Notes: generated from the sequence alone by a model not told the origin. Positions 24,250 through 38,688 are shown, counted from the first letter of the stretch. The stretch: DNA of 64,000 nt from Geosiphon pyriformis uo1 (GCA_016748015.1 JAAOMT010000778.1:4945-68944), one strand, 5' to 3'. A program made the numbers and translations.

Positions 24250-24830
24250 GTATTTATTGAGTATATATTAGAATTCTCATGCTCTGAGTTTTATTACTAG
24301 TCACATTTTTCTTCTTAAGGAAAGGTAAATTCAAACTCTATTCCCAGTTGATTTGCTTGAGCAATGTCCCATTAACAAACTTGTTCCCAAAAGATCCCAT
24401 TGGGTCATTATTCTTGCTTGTAGATCTGTTAATTTCTTCTTCTAATATGAAAAAAAAGTAATCTCATTAGCTAAAGTTTAATCCAGAGTAACTTCATTAA
24501 TACCTGCAGCAACAGCCTCTGAAGCACTACCAGCCTCTGAAGCACCACCAGTCTCCAAAGCACCAAGAGCAGCAGTACTGTATTATATGTCAACTATTAT
24601 TAAAACTCTCATAATACCCATAAACAACAAGCCAGATATAATAATTCTGTTATTGTCTTCTAATAGCAGTGGCGGCTTATAAAGAAGAAGAGTAATTAAA
24701 TATTGTAATATTTCAGAAATTTTGTTTAATGTTCTACAATCATTTCTCTCTAATTTTTTTTACTACCATAAAATGAATAATTTCCATTGACAAATCAGAA
24801 AATCTCCCTGACTGTACATGTTCAATTAAA
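24250..24830 (-). pseudogene. Captured unidentified gene fragment with a canonical intron
   Basis: On the minus strand: GCAG|GTATTA...GCTAAT (branch)...T-tract TTAG|AAG at ~24443-24503, flanked by coding-like Ala/Gly/Ser repeats. Confidence 0.45.
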
Positions 24831-27800
24831 TATGAGATGATATCTGATGTTCATATCTAATATTATATGATTATAGTATGACTATAAAGAGTGAAAATTA
24901 CTTATATTTTGCTATTATATTTGTGGAGATAAGGACTATAAGAAGATATATATAATAAAAGTGACTATAAAGAGATAATATTATATATAAATAGTTTTGG
25001 ATTTTAAAAAAATGTGATTATAAAAAGATAGTAACTATAACCAGAGGGACTATAGAAAGAGTTCACTATATAAATTAAAGCAGATAAAAAAAATGAAAAT
25101 GTGCTAAAAATAATAAGATCTGATATTAAAGCAATATATAGGGTTATCAAAAAAAAACACATCACTAAAAAACAGACAATTTACATTTTTAATAGTATGC
25201 TCAGTTTAGCAATAGAATTTAAATCTCAATTAACTTACATTCTAATTAGTTGGACCAGAAAATGGACTTTAAAGATCTTAGCTACTGTAAAAAAAAAGCA
25301 AAACTTAATAGATTTTTTTGCCAATGCCATGGATTATCTAGTTTTATACAACTTGTTCAAAATTAAAGATATACAAAAAAAAGCAAGATTACAAATTTGT
25401 TGGTTAAATTAAACAATAATGATATTGCTAGATCTGTTACAAAAATTAATTTGCAGACATACTTAAATACTTCATTAATAAATAGTCTAAGCCAGAGATT
25501 AATCTTATAGCAAATATTATGCAGATAATAGAAAAAAAAACATCTTATTCAAAAACCTTAGTAATACATATAAGATATCTAACTTTTTAAAACCATACTT
25601 ACACTTAATTAAGATTGTTATATCTTCAAAGACAATCTATACTAAAGTTAGATGCTTACTAAGAAAAAAAAATTTTGTATTTGCATCAAGTATAAAACAA
25701 AAATAAATTGCTAATAACATAAATAAACTTTACAAAAAAATACAGACAAAATAACAGTAATAGAATACCCAGCTGGTTTAAGATATTAGAATTTACACTT
25801 ATTATGGATAAATGCAAAAACATTAATATAGTTTAATGTGAAGCTTTGAAGATGCACAAATTGAATAACCAAATATCAGATAATCTTAACACGTTGCAAA
25901 AAAACATTATCTATATTCAAATTCTTGACACTTTATTATCATAATAGAAAAACATATAAGAGAAGTTAAGACTTAAAAAAAAACTAGAAATATTAACAGA
26001 TAGCTTACTAGTAAAATCTGGTTTTAAAAATGCTAAAGAAGCAATCACCTTTATAATACATAAAATAGAGGCCAACTTTGGTATAGCAATAAATAGAACA
26101 TTATCATTAAAAAAACTGAGACAAAAGCTTTATTGTTGGCTTTAAAAGCAGTATCTTATAAATACAAATTAACATTAAACACAGATAGTTAGGCAATAAT
26201 GTTAACAGCTCAAAAATAGTTGGCTAAAGACTTTTTTTTATCTATTAGAAAACAGCTTAAAACTCCTAATTAGCATACATAAAATGCAATTAAAACAGTA
26301 ATAAGTAAAAAACAGATTAATTTTATTATAAACAAAGTAGCTGCTTATACTAAGATATTTGAAAATAAGAAAACTAACAAACTAGCCAAAAAAGCTACTG
26401 TTTTTGACACAGTAAAGTGGGTTTACAATGCTAAAAATATCTGCTATATTCCTTTTTGCAAAAAAGTTAAAATAGACCTAAACATTAGATATTTTTTAAA
26501 TTAACAAACTGGATTACAAATAATTATAAATGAGATTGGTAATAGTAAAATCTAGAATAAATTATCAAGGACTTTAGACCAAAAAATAGATTGGAATTGC
26601 TTAACTAAAGTTTGGAACTGGAATGAAAAAATGTCATTAGGCTTTATTTCAGCTGGATTTTCAGCAATACATATATTTATTATAAAATTATTTCACAATG
26701 TGCTGCCAATAGCAATAGTGTTATACAATAAATGGTTTTTAGTGTATCTAAACAACTTATGTAAACAATATTACATAAAAGTTAAAACCAATTAGCACTT
26801 TTGAAAATACTATCTGAATACTCAAGCAGACAAAAAATTAATAGATAAAATTAGAAATGAATAGATATAATGCTTATCAAAAACTATAAGAATAAAACAT
26901 AAAAATTCAGATCTTGAAAAGAAAACTAACTTGTTTAAAGAGTATATTATGTTAACATCCAATATAGATCTGTTATGCAAAAAATTAATTAATAAGCAAT
27001 TTGAAAAATCAATGTCTTTGCTAATATTAATTTAAACATTAACAGAAACATATTGATTAAGATATGTAAATAGACAATAGCTTAAGCAAAAAAGAGACTA
27101 TAAAGAAAATATTGCAAAGTACAGATTAAATGAAAAAAATTAGTGAGTATTGAAACCAAAATTAAGAAGAACCCATCAAGAATATTAAAGATACAAAAAA
27201 TATTAAAAGGAAGTAATAGTAATAACTGCAAACCCAAAGTTAAAAAAGGTGATAGATTTACAATATATAATAAGATACTGATAAAAGTTTTTTGTAGTAA
27301 AATTACTTTAAGTAATAGTATAATACTTTTTAATTTTTCTGGTTAATTAGTATTTAGTTAAACATAATTATTTAGTAGTTAGCCACATTTTGTAATTTAA
27401 ATTATTGGATGAATTGGCTTTATAAAAAAGTCATACTTTTTAAGTAAGACTAAACTAATAAAAAATTAATATTGCTACATATTAAAAAAAAAAAGTTTCT
27501 AATAATCAGACTAAATTGGCTATGAATCTATCTATTAACTGTTTATTGGAATCTGAAATTTGGGCTGCAAAAAAGATAGCAGCCATTTAAAGAGCAAAAG
27601 CCATAACAAAAGCAAAAGCAAAAACTGAAAGAGTAGATTCTAAATGTATTCTTTGGTTATTTTCAATTTTTTGAGCAAGTTCAATAATTATATTTATTGT
27701 GAGATTATTTTTTAAAGCCAAAAGAGACTAAAAAACATATAAAAGATTAGTTTTCAATCCTTTTGTAAAGAAGTAAATCTTTTGTTTTTCTGTCTAGTTT

Positions 27801-28283
27801 TTTTCAAAGTCTATCTATTTGATTAACTTTAGCATATTTAATTACTATTTTTTCTGGGCCTTGAGTTCTTTTTTTTAATTTCATACACCATTTAAATATC
27901 AATATAGAAGTTCTGAATTTGATTTTGAACTAAATAGTAAAAAAAATATTTTCTTTTTTAGTATTTGTTGATGTTCATCTAATAATTCTTTAAAAAGTAT
28001 CAGCATTGGTTTTTTGTAAAAACCAAGTAGCAAAAGAGTCTTGAAGATAGCCACCAATAATTTGGAATTTGTATTCTTTATTATATTAATTGATTGTGGC
28101 AGCTCTTTTAAAGTTATTTAATTATTTAATTGAATCTTGTGTATTATCTATGAAAAATAGTAATAGAGGGTTGTTTCTTTGTCTTAAAGCAGTTTATGTA
28201 TCTTGAAGAGCAGCCAGAATGTTTGCTTATATAAAGTTAACAGTCATTGGTTCAAAAGTAGCTGTTTGAATAAAAGGATTTGA

Positions 28284-28613
28284 TTTTTTTTTGTTAATAT
28301 ATAGCCATACTGGTTGTTTATTAGTTATGTCCACAAAATTGTAGTGCTTTCATAAAGCCAGCTTACTTAATAATACAAAAATTACAAAATATGGCTAATC
28401 ACAAGAGAAAGTCTTAACTATATCTATGCTACCTAATATATTAAACATATATAACTCATATATCTTACCTATAATGCTAACAAGTTTATAATTATTCTTA
28501 ACAAGACTATTTATCTACTTAATAGTCTGATCAGAATCAGATTTAATACCAGAGAGCAAACTTTCTTATAATTCTATTATATTGTCAAAGGTGTTATTAT
28601 AAATTGAGAAATC

Positions 28614-28657
<44 letters not shown>

Positions 28658-30706
28658 TATTATTATCATTAGATACTTTTTTCAAACAGACTTATTTACA
28701 CATTTTTTTTAGATTTACTATCTTTTTTTGTATTATAAAAGCCACAGCACTAATAGCTTTAATTTGCTTAACCAATTCAGTCACACTTTTTTTTACTGTC
28801 ATGTCTATGGCAAATAGAATAGACAACAATTTAGTAATCAATGCAACCAGAGAGCCAATAAGTTCAACTATAGATTTTATTAACAAAGAAAGTTTATTAA
28901 AATGGGATTTCAAAAAAGCCAACTTAAATTTAACAGTATTATTAGAAGTGAAAAAGACAACAAACAACATAAGTGTTGTAGCTTTGAAGAGACCACCAAG
29001 AGCCAAGTTTATATTAACAGCAGTAGTAACAGAAAGAACCACAAAGACAATAGCTTTGGCATAAAATTTAGCTTTAGTAAATAATAATTTAAATACTTTA
29101 GGGCCACCAGCAGAATTGGAAGAGAATTTAGAAAGGAGAAATAATAACATTTTATAGTCCACAGCCAAATAATTCAAGTCTTAATACCTGTAACAATGGT
29201 AATATTAAGAAGTTTTCCACCAAATATGACAATCACACAAAGTATTGGTTTTTGACACAGTAATGTTTAAAAATTCTAAGGAATTAAAAATAACCACAGC
29301 AAAGCATTAATGTAGTATAATTTAGAAGAGTAAGAAATAAAACATATTCAGCCACTAATTTGAAAGATGAAATTACTTATTTCAAAAACAGTACAGCCAA
29401 AAAAAAATTAACCAACTTAGCTTTAAAAGCATCTCTTAAAATGATAACCTCTTTTTGGTTGACAATAAAGAGAATTCTAATACTGTCTTTTTTAATTAAT
29501 ACAAACCAGTAAATAAAAGCAGCAATAGCAAAAAAGGTGTCTTTAAAGTGAACCATAGCATATTGTTACAAGCCAACAGACTTTAATTTGACTGAAATAA
29601 CAACACCAAAAATGCCAAGAGCAGTTTTAATATTATTAAAAAAAGTACTTAAAAATATATTACAAAGTGCAACTGACACAAGAAGAGAAGAAACAAAGAC
29701 CACATCAGAAGACTATGCAATCTTAAGAGTAGTCAGAAAAACTTTATTATCAATGACCATTTTGATGGCACTGTTTAGACTCTCTTGAGATGCAAATTCT
29801 ACACAGAACAATTTGACAGCATCTTATAAAACAGACTTAAGCCCAATACAACCAGACAGCAACTGAAACAAAGAAACAAGCAAGGCCATTTTAATCTTAA
29901 ATGTAACACCAGTTACTAGATTAAAAGCCACCCAACCAGAGAACTTTTAATAACCATTCATATTTTCTTAAGCATTACTATTAGCAACACCAGAAACTAA
30001 AGAAGAAGCAGTTAATTCCATTTTTATCTGATCAGCCCAATTTTTAAGATTATCTGCAATAATAAACTGTTTTGCTTTTATAATAGGTAATAATCTGCCA
30101 AAGAGTACCATATTAGACAATATAGCTGGTAATTGATCTTGTTTTATCTTTAAAGATATACTGTTGCTGTTGCCATCTATATTAAAAAAAGAGCTAACTG
30201 CTGCTATAAAAAATTTTTCCAAGATTTTATCTAAAACCACAAAGAAGTTTGGTGTAATTATAATAATTGTGAGTGCCTGCTGCTGTTTTTTGATTTTTTG
30301 GCTTTTTCAGCTATTTGTAAAGCAGTAGTAATAGTAGCAATAATAGTAATAATGGGAATAGTGAAAGCAAAAAGAACTAACTTATTGACTAGTCTGTTAT
30401 TAAAAATCTTTGGGCTCTTAGAAGTAATAAAAACAACACTAAAACTAATTTATATGTATCTTTTAAAAGGAATTTTAACAAGAAAAAAACTCTTAACCAA
30501 AGATAAAAAAATAAACCAGAAGCTATTAAAGACAGTTTTTCATTAATGTTTTTTAAAAAAAATGTAGCCAGGCTGTTTTGTTTAGCTGTTTTAATAATAG
30601 AGAGACTTTTTTATATTAAAACTTTATTAGTTACTATAAAAAAAGTAATATTTGCAACCATTCTACTCTTAGCTCTTGTTATAATCATAAAAAATAAGAG
30701 AAAAAA
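28284..30706 (-). mobile_element. HAL-C copy C2 (ORF1-only)
   Basis: Colinear with C1 and C3 over ~2.4 kb. Poly(T) at 28284-28292; TSD degenerate. Confidence 0.85.
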
Positions 30707-31199
30707 CCAGAAATATTATTACTGTTTAAAAAGTTTAATTTACTTAAAAAGAGATCAAAAATAGAAATAATTTGATAACTTTTTTCTTTTGTTTCAAAAA
30801 AAGTTTCAGCTAATTGATAAGCAGTAATTCAGATGTGAATTTGGTGATTCAAATATTCAAAATCAGAAGGTTGTTGTTTAAAAATTGTTGAGTATAAGAG
30901 TTGATTAATATTTTTTTAAAGTAAGCTTGATCAAAAAAATAGATTATATAGACTATATAAATTTCAGCTAAATACTTATTCAAAAACCAGTTCCAAAAAT
31001 CTTGGAATTGTTTACTTGATTGTTTTTTAACAGAAAAACAAATCAAACAAGAGAGCAGAGGATTGAGTTTAATAAAATTTAAGTCATTTTTGTTGTATAT
31101 TACAAAGTATTTTTTTGATTGTTGTAGCAAATATAAATAATTATTCATATAATAAGGAACAAAGTGAATTTTGACAACTTACAGGGAGCACTACTTTTA

Positions 31200-31830
31200 T
31201 GTTACAAATTAAAGTAACTAGCTAACAGATAACAAAAAAAAACAGAATTGTATAGTAATAAAATAGATCAAAAAGAATTTAACTTCAAGAAATAAATTGA
31301 ATGAATATAGATTCAATTTGCAAGATTAGTCTTATAAAATATTTTAGTTGCTATTCTTTCAAAAAATAATTAGAAAATTTGAAGGTAGAAAGATAATTTA
31401 TATTGTTAATAAATAATAATATATTGATATAATTCTATGTTTTATGTTGATGTTCTTAGAATTTAATATTAGATATTAGATGTGTTTTTTAGTTATATTT
31501 TATTTAATAATCTTCAAATATTATAATTACATAAATTAAAAAAAGAGTAAGAAAATTCTAACAAGTAATTTTTTATTTTAAGATGTTTAGATACTTAAAA
31601 GTAAAGAAAAAAAAATAAGTAATATAAAAAAAATTAATATATTGTTGTTATTTTATTTTTTTTATTTCTTATATTTGATTATTAATATTATTATAATTAA
31701 GAAACTTATTGCTTATATAGTTATTAAAAGTGGTTAATAATTACTGTTTAAAAATAAAATAGCTAATTATGTAATATTAATGGCTAATATATATAATAAC
31801 TAATAAAAACTATGATTTTTAATTATAATA
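31200..31830 (-). repeat. Gypsy-A 5' LTR of A4 (very AT-shifted)
   Basis: Alignable to 4391-5075 with pervasive G>A/C>T changes. Confidence 0.85.
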
Positions 31831-32278
31831 TTATTATTGATTTCCAAAGAATTTTTTTGTATACAACATCTATAAGATGTTAAAAAAAAAAACTTTTTTT
31901 TCTCTTTAATTATTATTACATAATTTACTATGTCTTAAATTTGGAAATTAAGTTTTTTACAAAGATACTCTTAATTATAATTAATTATTATTATTACAAC
32001 AGACTTAAAAATGTCTAATATCAATACCAATAGTAAAGTAACAACAGTTATACACAAAAGTACAAAAAAAAAGACCATCAATTATAAAAACCAAATGAAA
32101 AGAAACATTACTTTTATTACAAAAAAAGAAAAAAATAATACAACTATATGAAATTTAACAACAGTAGAGACTACAAAACCTACTATATTTACATTCAAAT
32201 TTAAAACTGGTAACAAACCATTCAAGAGTATGAACACAAATAATAATAATAATACACTTTTTAGAATTGCTAACACAT

Positions 32279-32931
32279 TGTTACAAATTGGAATAACAAG
32301 CTAACAGATAGCAAAAGAGAACAAGATTGTAGGGTAATAGAAATAATCAAAGAGATTTCAACTTCAAGAAGTGAATTGAATGAGTAAGGATTCAATGTGT
32401 GAGATCAGTCTCATAAAATATCTCAGTCACTGTACTTTTCAAAAGATAACCAGAGAATTTGGAGGTAAAGAGATAGTTTGTACTGTTAACAAATAATTAC
32501 ATACAGGTATAATTCTATGTCTTATATCAACACTCTTAGAATTCAATATTAGGTATCAGATGTACTTTTCAGTTACATTTTATTCAATAATCTTCAAATG
32601 CTGCAAATACACATTCAAAAAAAGGGTAGGTAAATGCCAACAAGTAATTTTTTATTTCAAGATGTTTAGATACTTGAAGGTAAAGAAAAAAAAATTAGTA
32701 ATAAGAGAAAAATTGAGATAAAGTTGTTATTTTATTTTATTTCTTTTTTTTATTCCTGCATGTTTTTTTATAGCTAAAAAATTCATCACTTATATAGCTA
32801 TCAAAAATAGTTAATGATCAAGTCAATAATCAGGTCAATAATCACTATCTAAAAATAGAGTGGCTAATTATATAATATTAATAGCTAATACATGTGATAA
32901 TTAATAAAAAGTGTAGATTTCAACCATAATA
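32279..32931 (-). repeat. Gypsy-A 3' LTR of A5
   Basis: Adjacent to the reverse PPT ttatcctctcc. Confidence 0.92.
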
Positions 32932-33556
32932 TTATCCTCTCCAAAGAAATTGAGCTCTGGCAAAATCAAACTATTCATGGTGTAATCTATTTGAAGAATT
33001 TTATCTAACTTAAAGCTAACTAATTTGTTGAAGTTTTTTGTGGATAGGATATATAATACTTAAGGCAAAATGAGTTTTGTATCCAAGAGACTAAATCTTT
33101 GTATTAGAGTTTTGGCTTTTTTAGCAATAGTTAAAACTTTTAGGACATCTAACCATATAATGCCCAAAATTTCTGCCTGTATCTCTGAAGTTGTTTTTTC
33201 ATGAGTTTCATATTTTTTATAATTTTACCAAGGCAACCATAGAGTTTTAATTGCCTTTCATATGACAAATTTTTATTTATGGGCAAGATTTCTTGGATTG
33301 TTTTTTCAATTGTGCTAGAAAGTAAGAGTATAACTGCTGTTATATTTTCTAACAGATATTTATTCATTTTGCTACCAATTTTTTCTCTTCTGATAGTAGT
33401 TTTCTTTAGTCTAATAATAGTATGTGTTTCACTGTTATCAGTTATAGTAGTCTGTTTTCTAATGGTCAGAGTAGTATTTGAATAGTTTTTAATCCAATAC
33501 TTATGAAGAGTATAGAAAGTGTTTTGAATGTTTTGATCCAAAAAATAATTATTCAT
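32900..33556 (-). pseudogene. Gypsy-A ORF3 (A5)
   Basis: ORF 33149-33652 gives the N-terminal part, MNNYFLDQNIQN...RQLKLYGCLG. Confidence 0.72.
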
Positions 33557-33599
33557 GTTGATTGAAAATACCTCTGTTTTGGGAATGATGCATTTATTT

Positions 33600-34875
33600 A
33601 TACTTGATTTTTGTTGATTATTTGGGTTGGTATTATCACAACAGACAACCAATCAGATCATTTATGATATTTTTTGAGTCATATACCATGAACAAGATGA
33701 TCATTAAAGATTGTTCCAGATTGATTTTGAAGAATATAAAAACCATTGTTCAAAACTTTGTTGATTATAAAAGGTTCTTTCTACTGGCTAGAAAATTTAT
33801 CACTATAAATATTGTCTTTGTTTGAACAATATTCCAATACCAAGTTACCAACACTTAAAAAAAGTGTTTTATAGGTTTTCTTTTTTTTAAGCTTTTCTTA
33901 AAACTGTTTTATCTTTTCAAAAGCAATTATTTGTGCTTTTATCAAGGAGTTAAGAATGGTACCAAGTCTTTTTTGCAGAATGTTTTTGTAATTTTCAAAA
34001 AGTATTGTTTCAATGTTAGTTTTTATTGGTAGTGTTGCTATGCATCCATAGAATAGATAAAAAAATTCATAATTTGTTATGTTATGATTCACAGTTCTAT
34101 AAGCAAACAAAGCTGAAAACAGTATTTTGTCTTATAAGTTTGTTTTTTTACTGGTTTTGGCTAAGGTTTTACATAATGTTCTATTAAAATGTTCTACTAG
34201 GCCATTTGTTTGGGAGTGATAGGGGGAGGAAAGTTTGTGACATATTCCCATTTTCCTGCAAAGTTTTTTAACCAGTATACTGAGAAAAGCTCTTCTTTTA
34301 TCAGATAAAAGTTTTTTGTAACAGCCATGATGGCAGATAATATCTTTATAAATGAAATTGGCTATTAAGACTGCTGTTTGGTTTAGAGTGGCTTTTGCTT
34401 CTACCCACTTTGTAAGATAGTCAGTAGCTGTAATAATGTATTTGTTGCCATTAGGAATTATTGTTAAAGATCCAACAATATCTATACCAATTTTGTTAAA
34501 TAGTTGATTAACAAAGATTAGATGAATATCTTTTTTGCAATTGAGTTTGTCTCTTCTTTGACAAATGTCACAGGTTTTAATATATTCAGCCAATAATAGC
34601 AAGCTAAGGTTTTTTGAATTGTTTTTGTTTTTCCAAAGTGTCTAGCTAATGGGTCAGTGTGTATGTTGTATATTACAATTTCTTTTTCTTCAAATTTGAT
34701 GACTTTCTGGAGGTGGTCAGAATCTTTTCTATTTCTTTTATATAACTGGTTTTGGCAAATTAAATAGAAATTTAATTGTTTGCACAAATGTTTTCTTTGC
34801 TGTCAAGTGTATTCTGGTGAGTATTGTTTTTTACCCAAAAATTCTATTAAGACTAAATAGTTGTTCAAGTCTATT
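33600..34875 (-). pseudogene. Gypsy-A integrase (A5)
   Basis: HTDPLARHFG, CDICQR, IGIDIVG, SPYHSQTNGLVEHFNRTL. Confidence 0.9.
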
Positions 34876-34938
34876 ATTGTGTTTGTTTATAAAGAAGTTA
34901 CTAATAATTAAGTTGGTTTGGTTTGAGAGGTTGTACTA

Positions 34939-37900
34939 TTACTGAAAGGTAAATCTAGAAAGAGCATTAGCATTTTGATGATTTGCTCCTTTATGATGTT
35001 GAATATCATAGTTAAATTCATCCAAGTGAAGTATCCAGTAAGTTATTTTTTTGTGTTCCAGCTTCTTTTTATTGTGCAGCCAAACCAAGACTTGATAATT
35101 TGTTACTACTAAGAATTTTACACCAAAAAGATATTGCTCCCAATAACTAGTAGTCCAAACTACTGCTAACATTCTTGTTCAGTTACTGAATAATTTTTTT
35201 TTGCTGGTGTTAGGGATCTACTGGTATATACTATAGCATGTTTTCTGTCATCTTTATTTTTTTATGAGAGAACTGCACCAAGTCTATACCAGATGTATTA
35301 GTGTGGAAGATGAAAAATTGGTCCAAATTAAGTTGCTTGAGAGTTGGTTCAGTAACAAGTTTTTTTTTCAAAATTTTAAAAGCTTTTTGTTGATGAGTGC
35401 CTTAGTGATAATTGACATTTTTTCTGAGTAGCTGATTAAAAAGAAAGGTGGTTTTAGGGAAATCCTTGATAAATTTGCAATAGTAAGAAGCCAAACCAAA
35501 GAAAGAACATAGTGTAGGAACATTTATTGATTGTCTAATGTTTTGAACTTTTTCAATTTTAGCTAGGTTAGGGAAAATTTCATTTTTTGTAATAAAATGA
35601 CCAAAAAACTGGGTAGATTGGTGTCCAAAGAAAGATTTGATTGGGTTGATCTTAAGATCAGCATTTCTGAACAGTATTACTAAAGGTTTTTGGTCCCTTT
35701 TCTTGAATGTTGTTAATGTTGATTTGCTGTGAATTTATGTTTACAGGAAGTAGTTGGACTTCCAGTAACTGAATTTATCTTCAAATTATTTCCTATAATT
35801 TAAACTGCTGGACTTATAAGTAGAATGGCCAATTTCTTGCCAGTTATTTTGTATAGTTACATTGTAGTAAACATCAACTCTTTCCCAGAAATTGCTTGTC
35901 TGGAAGCTTACTAAAAATGTGTAGTTACTTTGCTATAAAAGTCAATTCTTTTACAAGAATCTTATTTGTAGACTACCCTAATGATTGTAATAAAAATAAA
36001 AAATAAAAATAAAAAAAATGTAAAAGAAATGGGATTTTATTAAGGGAAACGTTTTTTATCCAGGCCTGGAGTCACTAACAGTTTATTGAAATTAGTAGCT
36101 AATTAATTTCAAAACGTTAGTTGTGTTGAGAGAATTTCCAATGTAATAATTTTAAGGATTTGTTTTCGAATATTTAATTTTTATTTGAATGTGTAAAAAG
36201 TGATTTGTTCCAATTAAGATATCTAAAGTAAGATACTATGTTAAAATATTATAAAAAGATATTATGAGAAGATATTATGAGAAGATATTATGAAAAGATC
36301 TTATGAAAAGATATTATGAGAAAATATTATGAGAAAATATTATGAGAAGATATATTTTCTTAAAGAAAGAAGCTCTTTTTTTATACAACTTATTGTAATA
36401 CTAGTCTTTAAACTTGCACTTTTCTCTTTGTTACCATTTAGGTGAACTAAAGATACATTTTGGCGAATTTACAAGTTATTTCACTGAACTATTGATTATT
36501 TTGGCCAATTTTCATTAATTTCGATGAATTTTGACTATGTTAAATGGTTCAGGGTATTGTGTAATTTGATCATCTTAATTTCTAGAGTACAAATTGGATT
36601 ATTGATTGAGTAATGATATTTGATAATTTAATTAAATAATAAGTAATAATTGAAATAATAATAATGTATGTTAATTAATAAAAGGAATTATGAAGGTAAT
36701 TTTATGCTAATTAATAGCTAAAATTCTACTGGTAACAGCAGATCAAAAACCTTCTGCAAATGTTCAAGATATTCATTCCAGGTTTTTGAATAGACCATTA
36801 TGTTATCTAAGTAAACCAGAACAAAGTTTTCTTTTATTGATTCAAATACTTTGTCCATTAGGTGTTGAAAAGTAGGAGAGGCATTGGTAAGACCAAAAAC
36901 ATGACTGTAAATTCATAGGTGCCATACTTGGTAATGAAGGCAGTTTTTTTTCTGCTTTCTGGATCTATCTCTACTTGCCAGAATCTAGCAGTTAAGTCAA
37001 TAGTTGAAAAGAAAACAATATCATTGAATTTATTTAGCATTGCATCAATTTTGGGGAGTGGGTATATGTCTTTTATAGTAATAGCATTTAATTGGTGGTA
37101 GTCAACACAGAAGCATAGAGTTCTACTTTTCTTGAATATCACTACAACTTTGAAAGCCTATTCACTTTTGGTTTTTTGTATGAATCTGAGATCTTTTATT
37201 CAGTTTATCTCTTTCTTAATAAACTTATTATTGCATCAATTAGATTAATAAGGCTTTAAATAAATGAGGCGAGTTTTTTTTGTGGTAATAGTGTGTTGTA
37301 TCACATGAATTTATTTGGAAATATTATTTTCTTTTGAGATAACTGGACTATTTCTAGCCAACAGATTTTCAATGTCTACTTTTTTTTCTTTAGAAGAAGA
37401 TTTTCTTTGTTCTACAACTAGTGATTAGATTTTAGGTGGTTTATTTTCAAAAAACTTCTGTACTTTTTTTAGTTCTTCTCTGGATATCAAACTAATTGGC
37501 TCTCAATCTTTGTAATAGATTAGGCAAGACTTGCATTTATCACTAAGAAAATACAAAGATTTATTATACCAGCATCTGGCACAAGGACTATGCCCCCAAT
37601 AATTGTATTTTGCTTTCTTGCCAGGTTTTTTATCAAAGGTTTTTCTGAGAATATCATAGTAGGATCAGCAAATCAGCTTGCCATTTATTATGATTTTTTC
37701 TTTGTTAGCTTTAACATTGTTCAGTGGCTTGCTGTTACTAGTAAAAATAATATAAGCAAGTTCAGCAGTTTCTTTTTGTTTTTCTTGATCTTCTTTTTTA
37801 TTACTTTCATTATCATTTGATTTATCTAATTGTTTTTCTTTTTGTTTTTGTTTAGGTACTAAAAGAGTTGTCCAATGGTGGCACTTAACCATGATAGGTT

Positions 37901-38688
37901 TCTCATCATATCTGATAGTCAGTTTACAGAGTTCATAATTAAGCAAAACTTTTGCTTTCTTGAGTCATTCATTGCCAACTATTATAGTATATTCTTTTGC
38001 TTTAGATACTTCTATGTCAGTTTTAATGCTAATACCATTGATTTAGACAGAAACAGCTTTGGCTATGCCCAGACTTTTTTTTTGTCACCATGTATATTGG
38101 TTATTGGTCTTGTGGATGGTTTATCAATTTTTCTGCCAATTGCTTCTAAGAAGTGTTTGGCAATGATGCTAACAGATAATCTACTGTCCAGAATCAGATT
38201 AATGAAGTAACCAGCCACTTGGGCTTTACAAATAAGAGAGGTAACATTGCTGTTGTCAGCAAGTTCAGCTTGGCATGGGCATTTGTTGATCTTTGGTGTT
38301 TTTTTCTTGGGAATCAAAGATTTGTGAAGGTCTTTTCTGAATTGGTAATGGGTCATTAACCGGCCAAAAGTAATATAAGCAGGCATTTCTATAAGATCTT
38401 TGACAACAAAATAGAGTCCAAATTTTTGTATAATTTCTGGAAGTTCCAACTTTAGAGAATTTTTAAAAACTTTAGTTTTTGGTGGCTCATTGTTATCAGC
38501 AGTTGATTTGAATGCTTTGTTTAGATTTATAATAAAATTAACCTTGGCTTTCTTTTTTTTTTTTGTTAATTCAGAAGTGTTAATTGCTAGTTCATTCATG
38601 TTATGGTCATCATTAGTTAAGTTAAAAGCATAAAAAAGGTTTTTTCTGGTTGGCTTGCACTCTTATCTTTTGGAAGTATGCCTACTAG
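34939..38688 (-). pseudogene. pol: Gypsy-A pol PR-RT-RH (A5), interrupted by the F solo LTR
   Basis: LILDS protease, CFCVDY..LN, YPLPKID, TAFITKYG, NANALSR. Confidence 0.9.
35675..36737 (-). repeat. Gypsy-F solo LTR
   Basis: Matches 46663-47643. TSD ACAG/GCAG. Contains a 13-bp tandem array at ~36245-36350. Confidence 0.9.

Larger units (their letters stand above)
20810..25068 (-). mobile_element. pogo/Tigger-type Tc1-mariner DNA transposon with cargo
   Basis: TA|CAGTGAACTCTCTTTATA ... TATAGAAAGAGTTCACTA|TA: TIRs and TA TSD. Subterminal GACTATAA repeats at both ends. LINE-B RT resumes across it. Confidence 0.92.
15371..27494 (+). mobile_element. LINE-B copy B2 (5'-truncated; endonuclease-RT-RNase H-Zn finger, 3' UTR, poly(A)) with three nested insertions
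   Basis: APE start at ~15415; RT at 19400-20810 and 25070-25450; RNase H at ~25990-26400 (ILTDS, KVAAY...NK.TNKLAK); poly(A) at 27484-27494. Confidence 0.88.
27495..31830 (-). mobile_element. Gypsy-A copy A4 (5' LTR + PBS + truncated gag), heavily mutated, with C2 nested
   Basis: Gag remnants at 27495-28283 and ~30710-31148; PBS at ~31178-31193; LTR at 31200-31830. Confidence 0.85.

Noticed and set aside
28614-28656. (ATT)n microsatellite
   Set aside because: It is the poly-Asp tract of HAL-C ORF1 after G>A decay (compare 39128-39155).
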